From positions 25,132 to 89,131 of IMG/VR virus record IMGVR_UViG_3300044825_002891: DNA of 64,000 nucleotides. One strand, given 5' to 3'. Shown here piece after piece: positions 1-9,249 of this stretch. Source of the stretch: a virus. Below the pieces are notes generated by a model. It saw nothing but the letters and a program-made list of their open reading frames with translations, searched no databases and was not told the origin of the DNA. Position numbers and translations under genes: made by a program. Within the stretch, counting starts at the first letter, position 1. Each line of letters opens with the position of its first letter.

Positions 1-86
1 CGCGGTTCCGCAGGACGCAGATGCGGGAGACGGTCCTGCGCCACATCTCGGCCAACGTGATCGGGGAGAGCGATGCGACGGCGTAA
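1..86 (+). CDS. Partial CDS (3' end), hypothetical protein
   Basis: Frame starting at 3 reads RFRRTQMRETVLRHISANVIGESDATA, TAA at 84-86, overlapping the next start. Confidence 0.45.
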   Translation, partial: RFRRTQMRETVLRHISANVIGESDATA

Positions 87-795
87 GATCACCTTCCGCG
101 CGAGCGACCCCATCGTGGCCGAGGCGTTTCCCGTCCCTGGCCCCGCCGAGGTCAAGATTCCCTCGTGGTATCGGCGCCAAGAGAAATATACCGACGGTAA
201 GCGCAGAATGATGTCGGTTGGGCCCGGCGCTCGTATCAACCAGACTGTTAGGGCCTGCCCCGTGGTTCACGACACGATGATTGCTGGATATCTTATGTAT
301 CTGCCCAGTGATCTAATGGTCAGCCATGCCCCTAGCGGTGACGTGGTATTTGACGGAGCCTGCGGTTCGTTCTTCAACGTCACTGCACACCATGCCTCCC
401 AGCTGGATCAGTACCAGTACGATCGCAACGTCTACCGAGAGCACGTGTTCAAGTTTCAGATGGAGTGGGCGATCGACACTCCCAAGGGATACTCCATCCT
501 GCTTACGCACCCGATGTATCGAGACGACACACCGTTTCGTACATTGCCAGGCCTGATTGATACCGACGGCTACAGCGGTGCAATGAACGTCTTGTTTCTA
601 CTGCGCAGGGACTTCTCAGGAATCATTGCGCGAGAAACGCCGATTGCTCAGATTATCCCATTTCGCCGCGAAGACTGGGAGCATGAAGTGGCAGTCAGCG
701 ACAAAACTCAATGGTACGCCGACTATTACAAGTACGAGAGCAAGTTTCGGGGCGCTTATCGGCGCTGGGGATTTAGCAAGAAATACTGGGGATAA
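73..795 (+). CDS. Conserved phage protein, DUF6065-like / dUTPase-like beta fold
   Basis: Motifs IPSWY, TVRACP..D....GY, TPKGYS.L..HP, GLIDTD, PIAQIIPFRRE..W; SD GGAG upstream. Confidence 0.55.
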   Translation: MRRRKITFRASDPIVAEAFPVPGPAEVKIPSWYRRQEKYTDGKRRMMSVGPGARINQTVRACPVVHDTMIAGYLMYLPSDLMVSHAPSGDVVFDGACGSFFNVTAHHASQLDQYQYDRNVYREHVFKFQMEWAIDTPKGYSILLTHPMYRDDTPFRTLPGLIDTDGYSGAMNVLFLLRRDFSGIIARETPIAQIIPFRREDWEHEVAVSDKTQWYADYYKYESKFRGAYRRWGFSKKYWG

Positions 796-871
796 CGGCA
801 TACCTCATACGATGCTGTTAGTAGCGTGAACCTATTGAGGAGGGGTATTCTCAATAGGAAGGCGCTCCTTC

Positions 872-1387
872 ATGCTTGAAAATATCGACGACGGCATCCT
901 AGAACAGCCCCCGGAAGACGCGGGCTTTCGCACGTCTGAGGACTCTAAGAAGTCCTGCCGTTCTTGCCTGCACTACGAAGGTCGTTATTGCGACCTGTGG
1001 AACGCCAAGACAAAGCCCGCGATGGTGTGTGATGCGTGGGATGACTTCTCGGACTTCAAGCTAGCCATGTCGGATATGGAAACAGAAATCGACATGGAGT
1101 CAATGGAGTCCGAAGAGAACGACACAGATGGTCTCAACGATCGACAAGAGGCCATGTACGAGGTGTACGAGAAGATCGCGTACGTCTTCGGCAAGTGGAA
1201 CCAAAGCACCGGGGCCGACGGTGCTCACTACGTTGAGAAGTCCCCCTTCGAGGGGATGAACTGCGCCAACTGCGTTTTCTTCCGCGGTGGCCGCAAGTGC
1301 GAGATTGTTGACGGCGATATCGACCCAGGGGCTGTCTGCAAGCTCTGGATCGTTCCCGAAAAGCTTCTCCCCAACGAGAGTGAATGA
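872..1387 (+). CDS. Protein with two HiPIP-like Cys4 domains
   Basis: CRSCLHY...C...CDAW and CANCVFF...C...CKLW; acidic linker; SD AGGAAGG. Confidence 0.6.
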   Translation: MLENIDDGILEQPPEDAGFRTSEDSKKSCRSCLHYEGRYCDLWNAKTKPAMVCDAWDDFSDFKLAMSDMETEIDMESMESEENDTDGLNDRQEAMYEVYEKIAYVFGKWNQSTGADGAHYVEKSPFEGMNCANCVFFRGGRKCEIVDGDIDPGAVCKLWIVPEKLLPNESE

Positions 1388-3369
1388 CCAAGCCGCTTCC
1401 CAATGCGATTATCCCCGGCAGCAAGTCTCAACTTCGTGGCGTTGGTGGCCGCTTTGCGAACATGCCCGGCCGGGGAGACGATGCGATGCGGGCTGCAAGA
1501 GGAACCCTTCGCAAAAGAATCGGCAGCTCGCCAGATGGCAAGCCCCAAACCGGCTTTGACACATCCAATCTTCCCAACATTGCAGGAGCAAAGATTCTCC
1601 GCACGCCCAATCCGAACTGGTATCTCATGTCTGTTCGGATGGCAGCGCGAGCTAGCAGCCCCCAGCGGGGCCGCCGCAATGTTTTTTCTGGCAATCCTCA
1701 AGGAACTGCCAATGTGGCCTTCTACATTTCCAGGAAGGTCGTCGGCACCGAGGTCGTTGCGAACATTCTGCGTCAGCTTGATGCGGGCGACGCCATTCGC
1801 TCCATCGGTTACGTCGGGGTTCGCAAGTTTGCTCGTGCCGAGTTCTACAACCCATATCGCCAGATTTCGAGAATCATTCGAAGTCAGGCCCGATCCCTTT
1901 TTCCGCTTTTGACGGAGCAAGACGAGGAGGTGAAGCAGGTGGAGCTAGGAGAACTTTTCTGTTCGGACACAAGTGTCTCGGAGTCTGATGGCCTGATTTG
2001 GAAGGTGGCCCTTCCGGTCGGGGAGCTGAAGCTGTCTCCGGGCTGGGACGGCAAGCCTGTCCATCGTCCGCTTCGTGTTGTCGATGGCACTTCGGAAGAC
2101 CCGAAGGCGGCCATCGGCCTTCAGGACATTGTCGATGCGTTCGAGGAGGGGGCCGTGCAGCACGTTACGGTTCCGCTTTCCCACGCCGACAAGGTTCACG
2201 AGAACACCGGTTTTGTCCGCAAGCTCAAGGTTGTTGAGCTCCCGGACGGGCGCAGGGCCCTTTCCTGCGGCATCGAGTTCACAGAGCCCGAGATCCGCGA
2301 GAAGGTTAGGCGCGGCTCGATCGCCAATGTTTCGGTTGGCGTTCAGTTCGACTATCACAAGAAGGACACGGGCAAGCGCTACAAGGCCGCGCTTCAGCAC
2401 GTGGCCCTCACCAATCACCCGTGGGTTCCGGGCATGCCGCCGTTCGGCGCGCAGATGTCCGAGCAGACAGTGATCGTTCCGCTTGAACTGGCTGACGAGG
2501 TTGCTGAAGAGCACACCGATGAGCAGCCCGTGAGCTGGGATGAGACCCAGGGGATCTGGCATCGCCGCGATCTTCTGTGCGACGCCCTGGAAGAGGCCAG
2601 CGACTCGCTTGAGCTCGTTGACTTTGACCACTCTGTCGCCATCGTTCTCGGTGAGAACGGCGAGCAGATGCAGGTCCCGTACGTTGTCGAGGAGGGTAAA
2701 GCCCTCCTGGCCCTCAGTAACGCCACCCCCATTGAGGCTGAGACTGAGGATCCTGTTGTCGTCGAGGCCGAGGGGGAAACGGCCGGGGAGGAGGAGCAGC
2801 TCAATGAAGTCGTCGAAACAGAAGCTTCTACCCTTACCGACGAGAACCTTGCGGGTGTAACCGCAAGTGAGCCCAGTGAGCTTGAGACCGCGCAATCGGC
2901 GCGAGCTCAGCTCGTCACCGCCAACAAGAAGGAGGGAGGTGATCACATGAGCGACGAGATGATCGAGATGAGCGAGGATGTCAAGGCCAAGCTAGCCCGC
3001 CTAGAGGAGCTGGAGGCCAAGGTCCGCGAGTCGGAGGTCGAGGCCCGCGTTACGGAGCTGTCGGAGGCTGGTCTTGGCCAGTACCCCGGTTTCCTGAAGG
3101 CGGTTCGCGAGCTGATGCTTGCTGACGATGGCGGCCCGGCTGCGGTTCTCCTTTCGGAGGACAGCGGCGAGCGCACCGGCATCACCGTCACGGAGATCGT
3201 GGAGCGGCTGGTTGACGGCCTGCCCCGCGATGAGGAGGGCAGCTTCAAGCTGTCCGAGCAGCACATCGATGTCGGCGCAGTTGCGCCCGAGGTCGAGGAT
3301 TCGTCCACGTCCGAGGAGTCGGAGGCCGATGCGGCCGCCGCTGCTCGCGACTTCCTGTTCCAGCGTTAG
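1384..3369 (+). CDS. Prohead protease/scaffold protein (Mu gpI-like) with basic N-terminal extension
   Basis: VSVG and HVALTNHPWV protease motifs; very acidic C-terminus; directly precedes decoration and capsid genes. Confidence 0.8.
   Translation: MTKPLPNAIIPGSKSQLRGVGGRFANMPGRGDDAMRAARGTLRKRIGSSPDGKPQTGFDTSNLPNIAGAKILRTPNPNWYLMSVRMAARASSPQRGRRNVFSGNPQGTANVAFYISRKVVGTEVVANILRQLDAGDAIRSIGYVGVRKFARAEFYNPYRQISRIIRSQARSLFPLLTEQDEEVKQVELGELFCSDTSVSESDGLIWKVALPVGELKLSPGWDGKPVHRPLRVVDGTSEDPKAAIGLQDIVDAFEEGAVQHVTVPLSHADKVHENTGFVRKLKVVELPDGRRALSCGIEFTEPEIREKVRRGSIANVSVGVQFDYHKKDTGKRYKAALQHVALTNHPWVPGMPPFGAQMSEQTVIVPLELADEVAEEHTDEQPVSWDETQGIWHRRDLLCDALEEASDSLELVDFDHSVAIVLGENGEQMQVPYVVEEGKALLALSNATPIEAETEDPVVVEAEGETAGEEEQLNEVVETEASTLTDENLAGVTASEPSELETAQSARAQLVTANKKEGGDHMSDEMIEMSEDVKAKLARLEELEAKVRESEVEARVTELSEAGLGQYPGFLKAVRELMLADDGGPAAVLLSEDSGERTGITVTEIVERLVDGLPRDEEGSFKLSEQHIDVGAVAPEVEDSSTSEESEADAAAAARDFLFQR
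2947..3369 (+). CDS. Nested in-frame scaffold protein (internal start)
   Basis: Strong SD AAGGAGGGAGGTGA before in-frame ATG 2947 (MSDEMIEMSEDVKAKLARLEELE). Confidence 0.65.
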   Translation: MSDEMIEMSEDVKAKLARLEELEAKVRESEVEARVTELSEAGLGQYPGFLKAVRELMLADDGGPAAVLLSEDSGERTGITVTEIVERLVDGLPRDEEGSFKLSEQHIDVGAVAPEVEDSSTSEESEADAAAAARDFLFQR

Positions 3370-3394
3370 GCCAAAAGAAAGGAGGTAGCCCCTC

Positions 3395-3781
3395 ATGGCC
3401 TGGAATTTCGGTGTTTCGCACAGCTTCTACGACATCGAGGTCCTCAAGTACCCCCAGACGGGTCTTGTGACCAAGAGCGTCGTCATTGATGCGAATCAGA
3501 TCACACTCAACGCGGATCGCAACCAGCGGACAGTCGTCCCGGCTGGCACGATCATGCGTGTTTCGTCCGGCAACGCCAAGCAGGTGATGCCGTACAACGG
3601 CACCGGCACAATCGTCGGTGTTCTCTCGCGTTCGGTCGATATCATGACCAACGCCACAAATGGCGTCGAGCCCGGCGCGGTGTTCTTCCACGAGGCGATT
3701 TTCGCCACGAACGCCATCGTCGGCTTCACAGCCTACTCCGGCGCGCTTGCGTCGGCTCTACCCACCTGTAAGTTCGAGTAG
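3395..3781 (+). CDS. Head decoration protein
   Basis: 128 aa, VPAGTIM motif, position between scaffold and capsid, SD AAAGGAGGT. Confidence 0.75.
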   Translation: MAWNFGVSHSFYDIEVLKYPQTGLVTKSVVIDANQITLNADRNQRTVVPAGTIMRVSSGNAKQVMPYNGTGTIVGVLSRSVDIMTNATNGVEPGAVFFHEAIFATNAIVGFTAYSGALASALPTCKFE

Positions 3782-3802
3782 CTAGAAAGGAGGTGTCACA
3801 CC

Positions 3803-4855
3803 ATGGCTACTTTTGATCTCATGGATCAAGCGGTCCTCACGGACCTCATCAATCGTCCTCTAACCACACAGTTCGAGGACAACCCCCGTCTGGGCGACCT
3901 GATCGCCCCGACACGCAGCCTCGCTGGCCGTTCGGCCAAGCTCCGCGTGCGCCAGGCCCTAGCCTTCGGCAAGGGTCAGTTCCGCGCCCCGGACGGCACT
4001 CCGGCCCTCTACAAGGGGAACCAGACGTTCCGCGAGGAGATCATCGAGCTGGCTCTGCTGGAGGAAATGGAGCGCATTTCCGAAGAGCAGTACCTCTCGC
4101 TGAACTCCCCGGACGAGATGGTTCGCCGCGCGGCTGGTCTGGATATGGTCGAGCGCGGCCGCATCCTCCAGCTCCGCAACGAGCGCCTCACGGAGTGGAT
4201 GCGGTTCCAGGCGTTCTCGGGTGCTCTCACGATCACGTACCCGAGCGGCCAGGAGCTGTTCATCGACTACGGCCTTCAGGCCGTTCAGAAGCCGACTGCC
4301 TCCACCCCGTGGAGCACGGTCGCTTCGGCCGATCCGATCGCTGACATGCGCGCTTGGGCTTCCAAGCTCGCGGAGCTGTCGGGCTACTACGGTGTCCGCT
4401 TCCACATGTCGTCGGACACGTACGACCTGCTGGTTCGCAACACCACCGTCCGCAACCTGCTGACGGCGACGAACCGCTCGATGCTGATCCCGACCAAGCA
4501 GGACGTGCTCACGCTCCTGCGCGACGGGACCGACATCGTGATCTACGACAACGGCTTCCGCGATTCGGGCGTTGGTTCCGACCGCGGCGTGCCGAACAGC
4601 CTCACGCGCTTCCTGCCCTACGGCAAGGTGCTCGTTACAACCGAGTACTCCATCGAGGGTCAGAACATCGCTGAGACGCTGGACGGCCAGGTCGTCGTCA
4701 ACGACGGCGCCAACGGCCTGCGCATCGTGCAGGGCGCTGCCACCGAGACCATCACCGAGCCGATCAGCCACAACATGTTCATGCGTGTGGCCTCGGCCCG
4801 CATCCCTCGCCTCGTGTACCCGGAGTGCTTCCTCTGGGCGACGGTCGCGTCGTAG
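3803..4855 (+). CDS. Major capsid protein (lambda gpE-like, HK97 fold)
   Basis: 350 aa; EWMRFQAF.G, IDYG, W....ADPIAD pattern; SD AAAGGAGGT; strongly GC3-biased codons. Confidence 0.9.
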   Translation: MATFDLMDQAVLTDLINRPLTTQFEDNPRLGDLIAPTRSLAGRSAKLRVRQALAFGKGQFRAPDGTPALYKGNQTFREEIIELALLEEMERISEEQYLSLNSPDEMVRRAAGLDMVERGRILQLRNERLTEWMRFQAFSGALTITYPSGQELFIDYGLQAVQKPTASTPWSTVASADPIADMRAWASKLAELSGYYGVRFHMSSDTYDLLVRNTTVRNLLTATNRSMLIPTKQDVLTLLRDGTDIVIYDNGFRDSGVGSDRGVPNSLTRFLPYGKVLVTTEYSIEGQNIAETLDGQVVVNDGANGLRIVQGAATETITEPISHNMFMRVASARIPRLVYPECFLWATVAS

Positions 4856-4872
4856 GGAAGAGAGAAAGACTG

Positions 4873-5064
4873 ATGGCCCAGTCCAAGAAGACCACAAAAA
4901 AGCCCCCGCTTGGGTCCGGCGAGCGCTTCAAGGCTCTTGAAAAGAGCCTGAAGGGCAAAGTCCGCGATCCCAAGGCCGTGGCGGCCTCGATCGGGCGCAA
5001 GAAGTACGGCGCTACGAAGATGGCCAAGATGGCGGCTGCTGGTCGGAAGAAGAAGGCCAAGTGA
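4873..5064 (+). CDS. Small Lys/Ala-rich basic protein
   Basis: MAQSKKTTKK...AASIGRKKYGATKMAKMAAAGRKKKAK; ATG 4873 preferred over track start. Confidence 0.65.
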   Translation: MAQSKKTTKKPPLGSGERFKALEKSLKGKVRDPKAVAASIGRKKYGATKMAKMAAAGRKKKAK

Positions 5065-5095
5065 AAACCACGACTATCGGGAGGACATCCAAGCG

Positions 5096-5461
5096 ATGCC
5101 TTATGAAGTGATTTGCCCGGAAGGCACTTCGGTGACCATTCTCAAGGCGCTAAATGAGGTCAAGGATCTTGATGGAAGAGTGATTGGTTACGACCATCGC
5201 GCCGACTATCACGAGTCCGGTGATGTCCTCGACGATAACGAGGTCTCTCCGGTGCTTCTCGACCTCCTCGAAGCTGGCGATCCGCATGTCAACTCCATCC
5301 TCCGCAAGGTGGGTGCGAAGAAGGCCGCTGCGAAGCCGGTTGTCGAGGAGGTCGTGGAGCCGGAAGACGATGCTGACGAAGAGTCCCCGCTGCGTCTCCA
5401 GGTCGAGGGCAACCTCGAAGGGAAGACGGATCGGGCGACTCGTCGAACCGCGAAGAAGTAG
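5096..5461 (+). CDS. Hypothetical virion-module protein
   Basis: SD GGGAGG; operon-consistent ORF. Confidence 0.65.
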   Translation: MPYEVICPEGTSVTILKALNEVKDLDGRVIGYDHRADYHESGDVLDDNEVSPVLLDLLEAGDPHVNSILRKVGAKKAAAKPVVEEVVEPEDDADEESPLRLQVEGNLEGKTDRATRRTAKK

Positions 5462-5465
5462 GTAG

Positions 5466-6005
5466 ATGGCAACACCGACTGGACCCATTGCTTGGAGAGC
5501 GCGTTCTGAGATCCCCGCTACGTGGGATGCTCTCGTGCTGGCCTCGCAGTATGGAGATGTATCGATCAATCAGAGGCTTGATTACATCAAGTACTCGCTG
5601 TTCGGTACCTCTGTTGACCAGTCGCTAGAGGCCTCTCTCTACAACCCGGTCCAGCTCCTGCTGGCAGGAAAGATGCTCGCTATGGAGGTCATTCCTGCTG
5701 GTGCGGATTACTGGGCCGATCAGGCCATTGGATTCTCCGCCTCTGCGCGGTCTTCCAGTGAGAATGTCACGTACCCGGATAGAATCGCTTCTCTCTGGCG
5801 CGTGCACGCTCGTCTACTCGTGGAGTCGGAAAAGCTCAAGGCACAACTTGGGACATCCGGCACCGCGGGTATTCGGCCCACTCGGCGCATGATCGCCCCG
5901 AAGATCAACACCGAGACTCCGTTCCGCACAGCAGAGCCAATGACATTCCCGCGTCAGTACACTGACTGGGATGGCATTCCTAGCACGTCTAGGTTCATCG
6001 GATGA
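5466..6005 (+). CDS. Putative head-to-tail adaptor
   Basis: Size and synteny after the capsid gene. Confidence 0.5.
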   Translation: MATPTGPIAWRARSEIPATWDALVLASQYGDVSINQRLDYIKYSLFGTSVDQSLEASLYNPVQLLLAGKMLAMEVIPAGADYWADQAIGFSASARSSSENVTYPDRIASLWRVHARLLVESEKLKAQLGTSGTAGIRPTRRMIAPKINTETPFRTAEPMTFPRQYTDWDGIPSTSRFIG

Positions 6006-6619
6006 ACGTCCTAACTGATAGCAGCACTGGTCTAGAGCGTCTTGGGCGTGAGGTTGTTCTCATCCTCCACGCCAATCTCAATGACGAGCTAGAGACAGTT
6101 GAGGCTGAGTGGGGCCCGTACGATGAAGAGTACTCGTCTGTTGTGCACAAGCTCTACAACCCGACGACGCTGGAAAGAATCGAAGACGGTCGCTTCTATC
6201 TGGGCCACGTGCCCTCTCTGATTGAGGCCCCGATCGACGCCTTTCCGAACGTTTCGGTTATGGGCTACCAGGCGCAGAATGCGCCTGCAACAGGCATTGA
6301 CCTGTATTACGGAGTCGCGGTCAGCATCTTCATTGAGATTATGTGCAAGTCTGGTCCTTATCCTGACATCAACGTCGCCGTCAATGACGCTGGCGAGGAG
6401 ACGGTCAATCGGCGCATCACGCGCACCACAGACGCTGTGATTTCGGTTATCAACCGCAATCCCACTCTGAACGGGCTCGTGCAGCCGATCCAGACTCCGC
6501 CGAGTGTAACCATCTTCGATGTGTTCAAACGGCATCAGAATCGAGACCGCGGACCTCTGTTCTACTGGCAAGGCTCTCGTCTTGAGTACAGAGTCACACG
6601 CCTAATGAAGGGGTACTAA
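6002..6619 (+). CDS. Putative tail terminator / neck protein
   Basis: FPNVSV and NPTLNGLV motifs; ATGA overlap; precedes tail tube gene. Confidence 0.55.
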   Translation: MNVLTDSSTGLERLGREVVLILHANLNDELETVEAEWGPYDEEYSSVVHKLYNPTTLERIEDGRFYLGHVPSLIEAPIDAFPNVSVMGYQAQNAPATGIDLYYGVAVSIFIEIMCKSGPYPDINVAVNDAGEETVNRRITRTTDAVISVINRNPTLNGLVQPIQTPPSVTIFDVFKRHQNRDRGPLFYWQGSRLEYRVTRLMKGY

Positions 6620-6876
6620 TGGCGACCTATCGCTATGTTAGAAACGTAAAGCCGCAATGGGACCAGACCAAGAGCTTCTCTTGCGAGGATTCCAGCGGCA
6701 AGAAGGTCCTAGTCAATATGGGTGAGACGGTCGAACTCGATCCCAAGGCTGCAAAGGACCTCTCTGGGTACTTCGTTCTTGAGAAAATCAAGGAAGAGAG
6801 TGCCCCTGCTGTCGTAAACCTGAAGGCGCCCAACATCAAGGCGACCTTCAACGAATCACTGGAAGGTGGTGAGTAA
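6619..6876 (+). CDS. Hypothetical protein
   Basis: TAATG-coupled on both sides. Confidence 0.65.
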   Translation: MATYRYVRNVKPQWDQTKSFSCEDSSGKKVLVNMGETVELDPKAAKDLSGYFVLEKIKEESAPAVVNLKAPNIKATFNESLEGGE

Positions 6877-7478
6877 TGGCCGCGAATAACTTCTACCCCA
6901 CGTTCCTCGAAGACGAGGGTTTCATTCGTGGTCCGGCGCGTCTTATGTACTGCGCCGTGACACAGTCGTTCCCGACTGGCATCTCGCAGGTCGTCAACCT
7001 CTCGACGTACTCCGCGATGACGGGCTGGAACGACCTTGGCGCTACAAAGGGTGGCGTCCAGATCTCGATCAACAACACCGAAGAGTCGTTCGACGTGGAC
7101 CAGGTCTACGGCGACATCGACTCGCTCCCCACAGCGTGGGAGTGCTCGGTGTCCACGCAGCTCGCTGAGATGACGCTTGATCGTCTCACGTTCTGCTGGG
7201 AGGGCGGCCCGGTCACGACCTCGGGCGGCGAGAAGTCCATGGGCTACGGCACTCCTACGTCGTACACCCGCCGCCGCATTGCGGTGCTGTTCCAGCGCCC
7301 CAACGGCAAGATCCGCGCGTTCGTGTTCCGCAAGGTCCAGCGGTCCCCGCAGGAGTCCACGATCACGTTCAACAAGACCGGCGAGCAGCAGTCGGTGGCG
7401 GTGCGTTTCCGCGCCATCGCTGACCTCTCGGTCGCTGATGTCTACAGCCGGTTCTTCACGGCTTACGACCAGGTCTAA
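6876..7478 (+). CDS. Major tail (tube) protein
   Basis: GPARL, WNDLGATKGGV, DVDQ, LAEMTL motifs typical of siphovirus tail tube proteins. Confidence 0.85.
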   Translation: MAANNFYPTFLEDEGFIRGPARLMYCAVTQSFPTGISQVVNLSTYSAMTGWNDLGATKGGVQISINNTEESFDVDQVYGDIDSLPTAWECSVSTQLAEMTLDRLTFCWEGGPVTTSGGEKSMGYGTPTSYTRRRIAVLFQRPNGKIRAFVFRKVQRSPQESTITFNKTGEQQSVAVRFRAIADLSVADVYSRFFTAYDQV

Positions 7479-7490
7479 GGGGGATAGCTG

Positions 7491-7790
7491 ATGGCTCGCC
7501 CGAAGGCATACAACAACGGTCAGACGATCGCGTCGCTGCGCGATGAGGCCGCCGCCAACCCGCCCTCCCGCGGGAACGCTGCGGCTGGCTTCGGCGGCGC
7601 TCCGACGATGTCGTCCAACCCGATCGACTCCGGCGAGCGGTCTGTTGCTGCGGTCACTGGTGAGGTCTTCCCGACGCCTTACGGCGGCGGCGAGGCCATC
7701 ACCAAGCGCCCGACCCCTCGTCGTACGCGTGGCCAGTCCGGCTCCGGCGCTGCTGGTGCCGTCAACGGCTCCACAGCCCTGCCGAACTAG
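7491..7790 (+). CDS. Gly/Ala/Pro-rich hypothetical protein
   Basis: SD AAGGGGG; GC3-biased codons like the neighbouring tail gene. Confidence 0.55.
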   Translation: MARPKAYNNGQTIASLRDEAAANPPSRGNAAAGFGGAPTMSSNPIDSGERSVAAVTGEVFPTPYGGGEAITKRPTPRRTRGQSGSGAAGAVNGSTALPN

Positions 7791-7888
7791 GCATGGCATA
7801 CGAGCGGGACGCAAAGCGACCGCTTGCGACAATTGAATCAGCCGAACAAGGCGGTTCCTGTTGCTAGATCAAAATCACAAGCGAGAAA

Positions 7889-7927
7889 GCGAGGCGATCG
7901 GCTCCTAAGGGGGCCGGTCGCCTTCGC
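7889..7927 (+). terminator. Strong intergenic hairpin (terminator or processing site)
   Basis: GGCGATCGGCTCC-taa-GGGGGCCGGTCGCC stem with G-U pairs; weak U-tract. Confidence 0.5.
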
Positions 7928-7935
7928 ATACTGTC

Positions 7936-8559
7936 ATGGCAGCTGTCTACGGTTTCAACCTCAATACCTACGCTTCCGGCATCATAGATAGATTTGCCCT
8001 GAAGCTGTTTGAATACGGCATTGAGCAAACTCAGATTTCATCTGCCGTTCAGCGGGCAAAGGCCGAGTCCAGAAAAGAGTTTCTTGATTGGACCCGCAGA
8101 CAAGCTGAGCTTCTTAAAGAGAACATTTCGGACGCCGCACCGAAAAGAAGTGGCAACCTGTCTGAATCGCTTTATCTCGACCCAGACGGAGACAGCTGGG
8201 ATGTCAAGATTGACGAGAGGCGCGCACCTTACGCTAATATCGTTCTTGAGGGCCGCGGCGGGATTACGCCCAAGAATGCCCAGTATCTAGTTTTTCGCGA
8301 CACGCGCCTTAACAACTGGCGCCCAATGCGCAATCTTGCGCGTGTAAGCGGGGCCAACGCGGCAAAGTACCCCCACACCGGTAATCTCAGGACAACGCAC
8401 ACAATCCCGCGTGTTGGCGGGGCTCCGGCGATTGACTTTCCCGGAGAGGGCTTTGACAGCTGGCAATCGTTCTATCTTCCCAGCGAAGTTCAGCAGCTTC
8501 GCGAGGAGATTGTTTCGATTGTCATCAAGAATGGCGGCCGGGTAACCGGCCTGTCCTAG
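7936..8559 (+). CDS. HK97 gp10-like tail completion protein
   Basis: APKRSGNLSES and APYANIVLEG motifs. Confidence 0.7.
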   Translation: MAAVYGFNLNTYASGIIDRFALKLFEYGIEQTQISSAVQRAKAESRKEFLDWTRRQAELLKENISDAAPKRSGNLSESLYLDPDGDSWDVKIDERRAPYANIVLEGRGGITPKNAQYLVFRDTRLNNWRPMRNLARVSGANAAKYPHTGNLRTTHTIPRVGGAPAIDFPGEGFDSWQSFYLPSEVQQLREEIVSIVIKNGGRVTGLS

Positions 8560-8592
8560 TAGAAAACGAAACGACCTTAGAAGGAGGGCGTT

Positions 8593-9249
8593 GTGAGCGA
8601 CCAGGTTATTGAGAACGAGGAAGTCGAAGAGACTGAGCTCGAAGAGGACACCGAGGTGAGAGATTTCCTCGATGAGATTCAGCCGCGCGGTGCCATTCGC
8701 GAGTGGATCGTGCGCGACATTTCGGACGGGGCTCCGATTTACGAGCGCATGTACGTTCAGCGGCCTCTTTCGTACTTCGGCAAGATCGAGGTGTTTGGTC
8801 TGCTTGGGGCAACAGTTGACAAGGCCATGAGAGACGGTGTCAGCGTTGACTCCGTCGTTCAGATCGGGGATGTTTTCGCCGGTCAGTCGAGCAGCATTGA
8901 TTCTTTCATCGGCGGCATTGCCCGTCTCGCCATGTACGCGCCTGATCTTCTCATGGAGCTGTACTGCATTGCCCTTGCTGTCCCCCGTGGCGAGCGCGAG
9001 TGGGTTAAGTCGGTGTGGGAGCGCCCCACCACAGAAGGCGGTCTCAGCGATGAAGACGGCCTTGAGATTCTTCAGGTCTTCGTGGAGCAGAACGGGGAGG
9101 CGCTGCGGGATTTTTTCACCCAGAAGCTGCCCGGGGTGGCAAAGGATCTGATGGAGATGTTCGTGGATCAGCCGAAGAGCGCCCCCGCCGCCGCGTCACG
9201 GTCGTCGAAGCGCTCGAAGCCTACTCAGCGACGCACCCGGAGTCGATAG
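8593..9249 (+). CDS. Tail assembly chaperone (gpG-like)
   Basis: Upstream of tape measure; SD AAGGAGGG; internal slippery heptamer. Confidence 0.75.
   Translation: MSDQVIENEEVEETELEEDTEVRDFLDEIQPRGAIREWIVRDISDGAPIYERMYVQRPLSYFGKIEVFGLLGATVDKAMRDGVSVDSVVQIGDVFAGQSSSIDSFIGGIARLAMYAPDLLMELYCIALAVPRGEREWVKSVWERPTTEGGLSDEDGLEILQVFVEQNGEALRDFFTQKLPGVAKDLMEMFVDQPKSAPAAASRSSKRSKPTQRRTRSR
9111..9117 (+). other. Programmed -1 frameshift site T TTT TTC
   Basis: X XXY YYZ heptamer in frame (GAT TTT TTC); the -1 frame is open from 9117 to TAG 9563. Confidence 0.75.
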
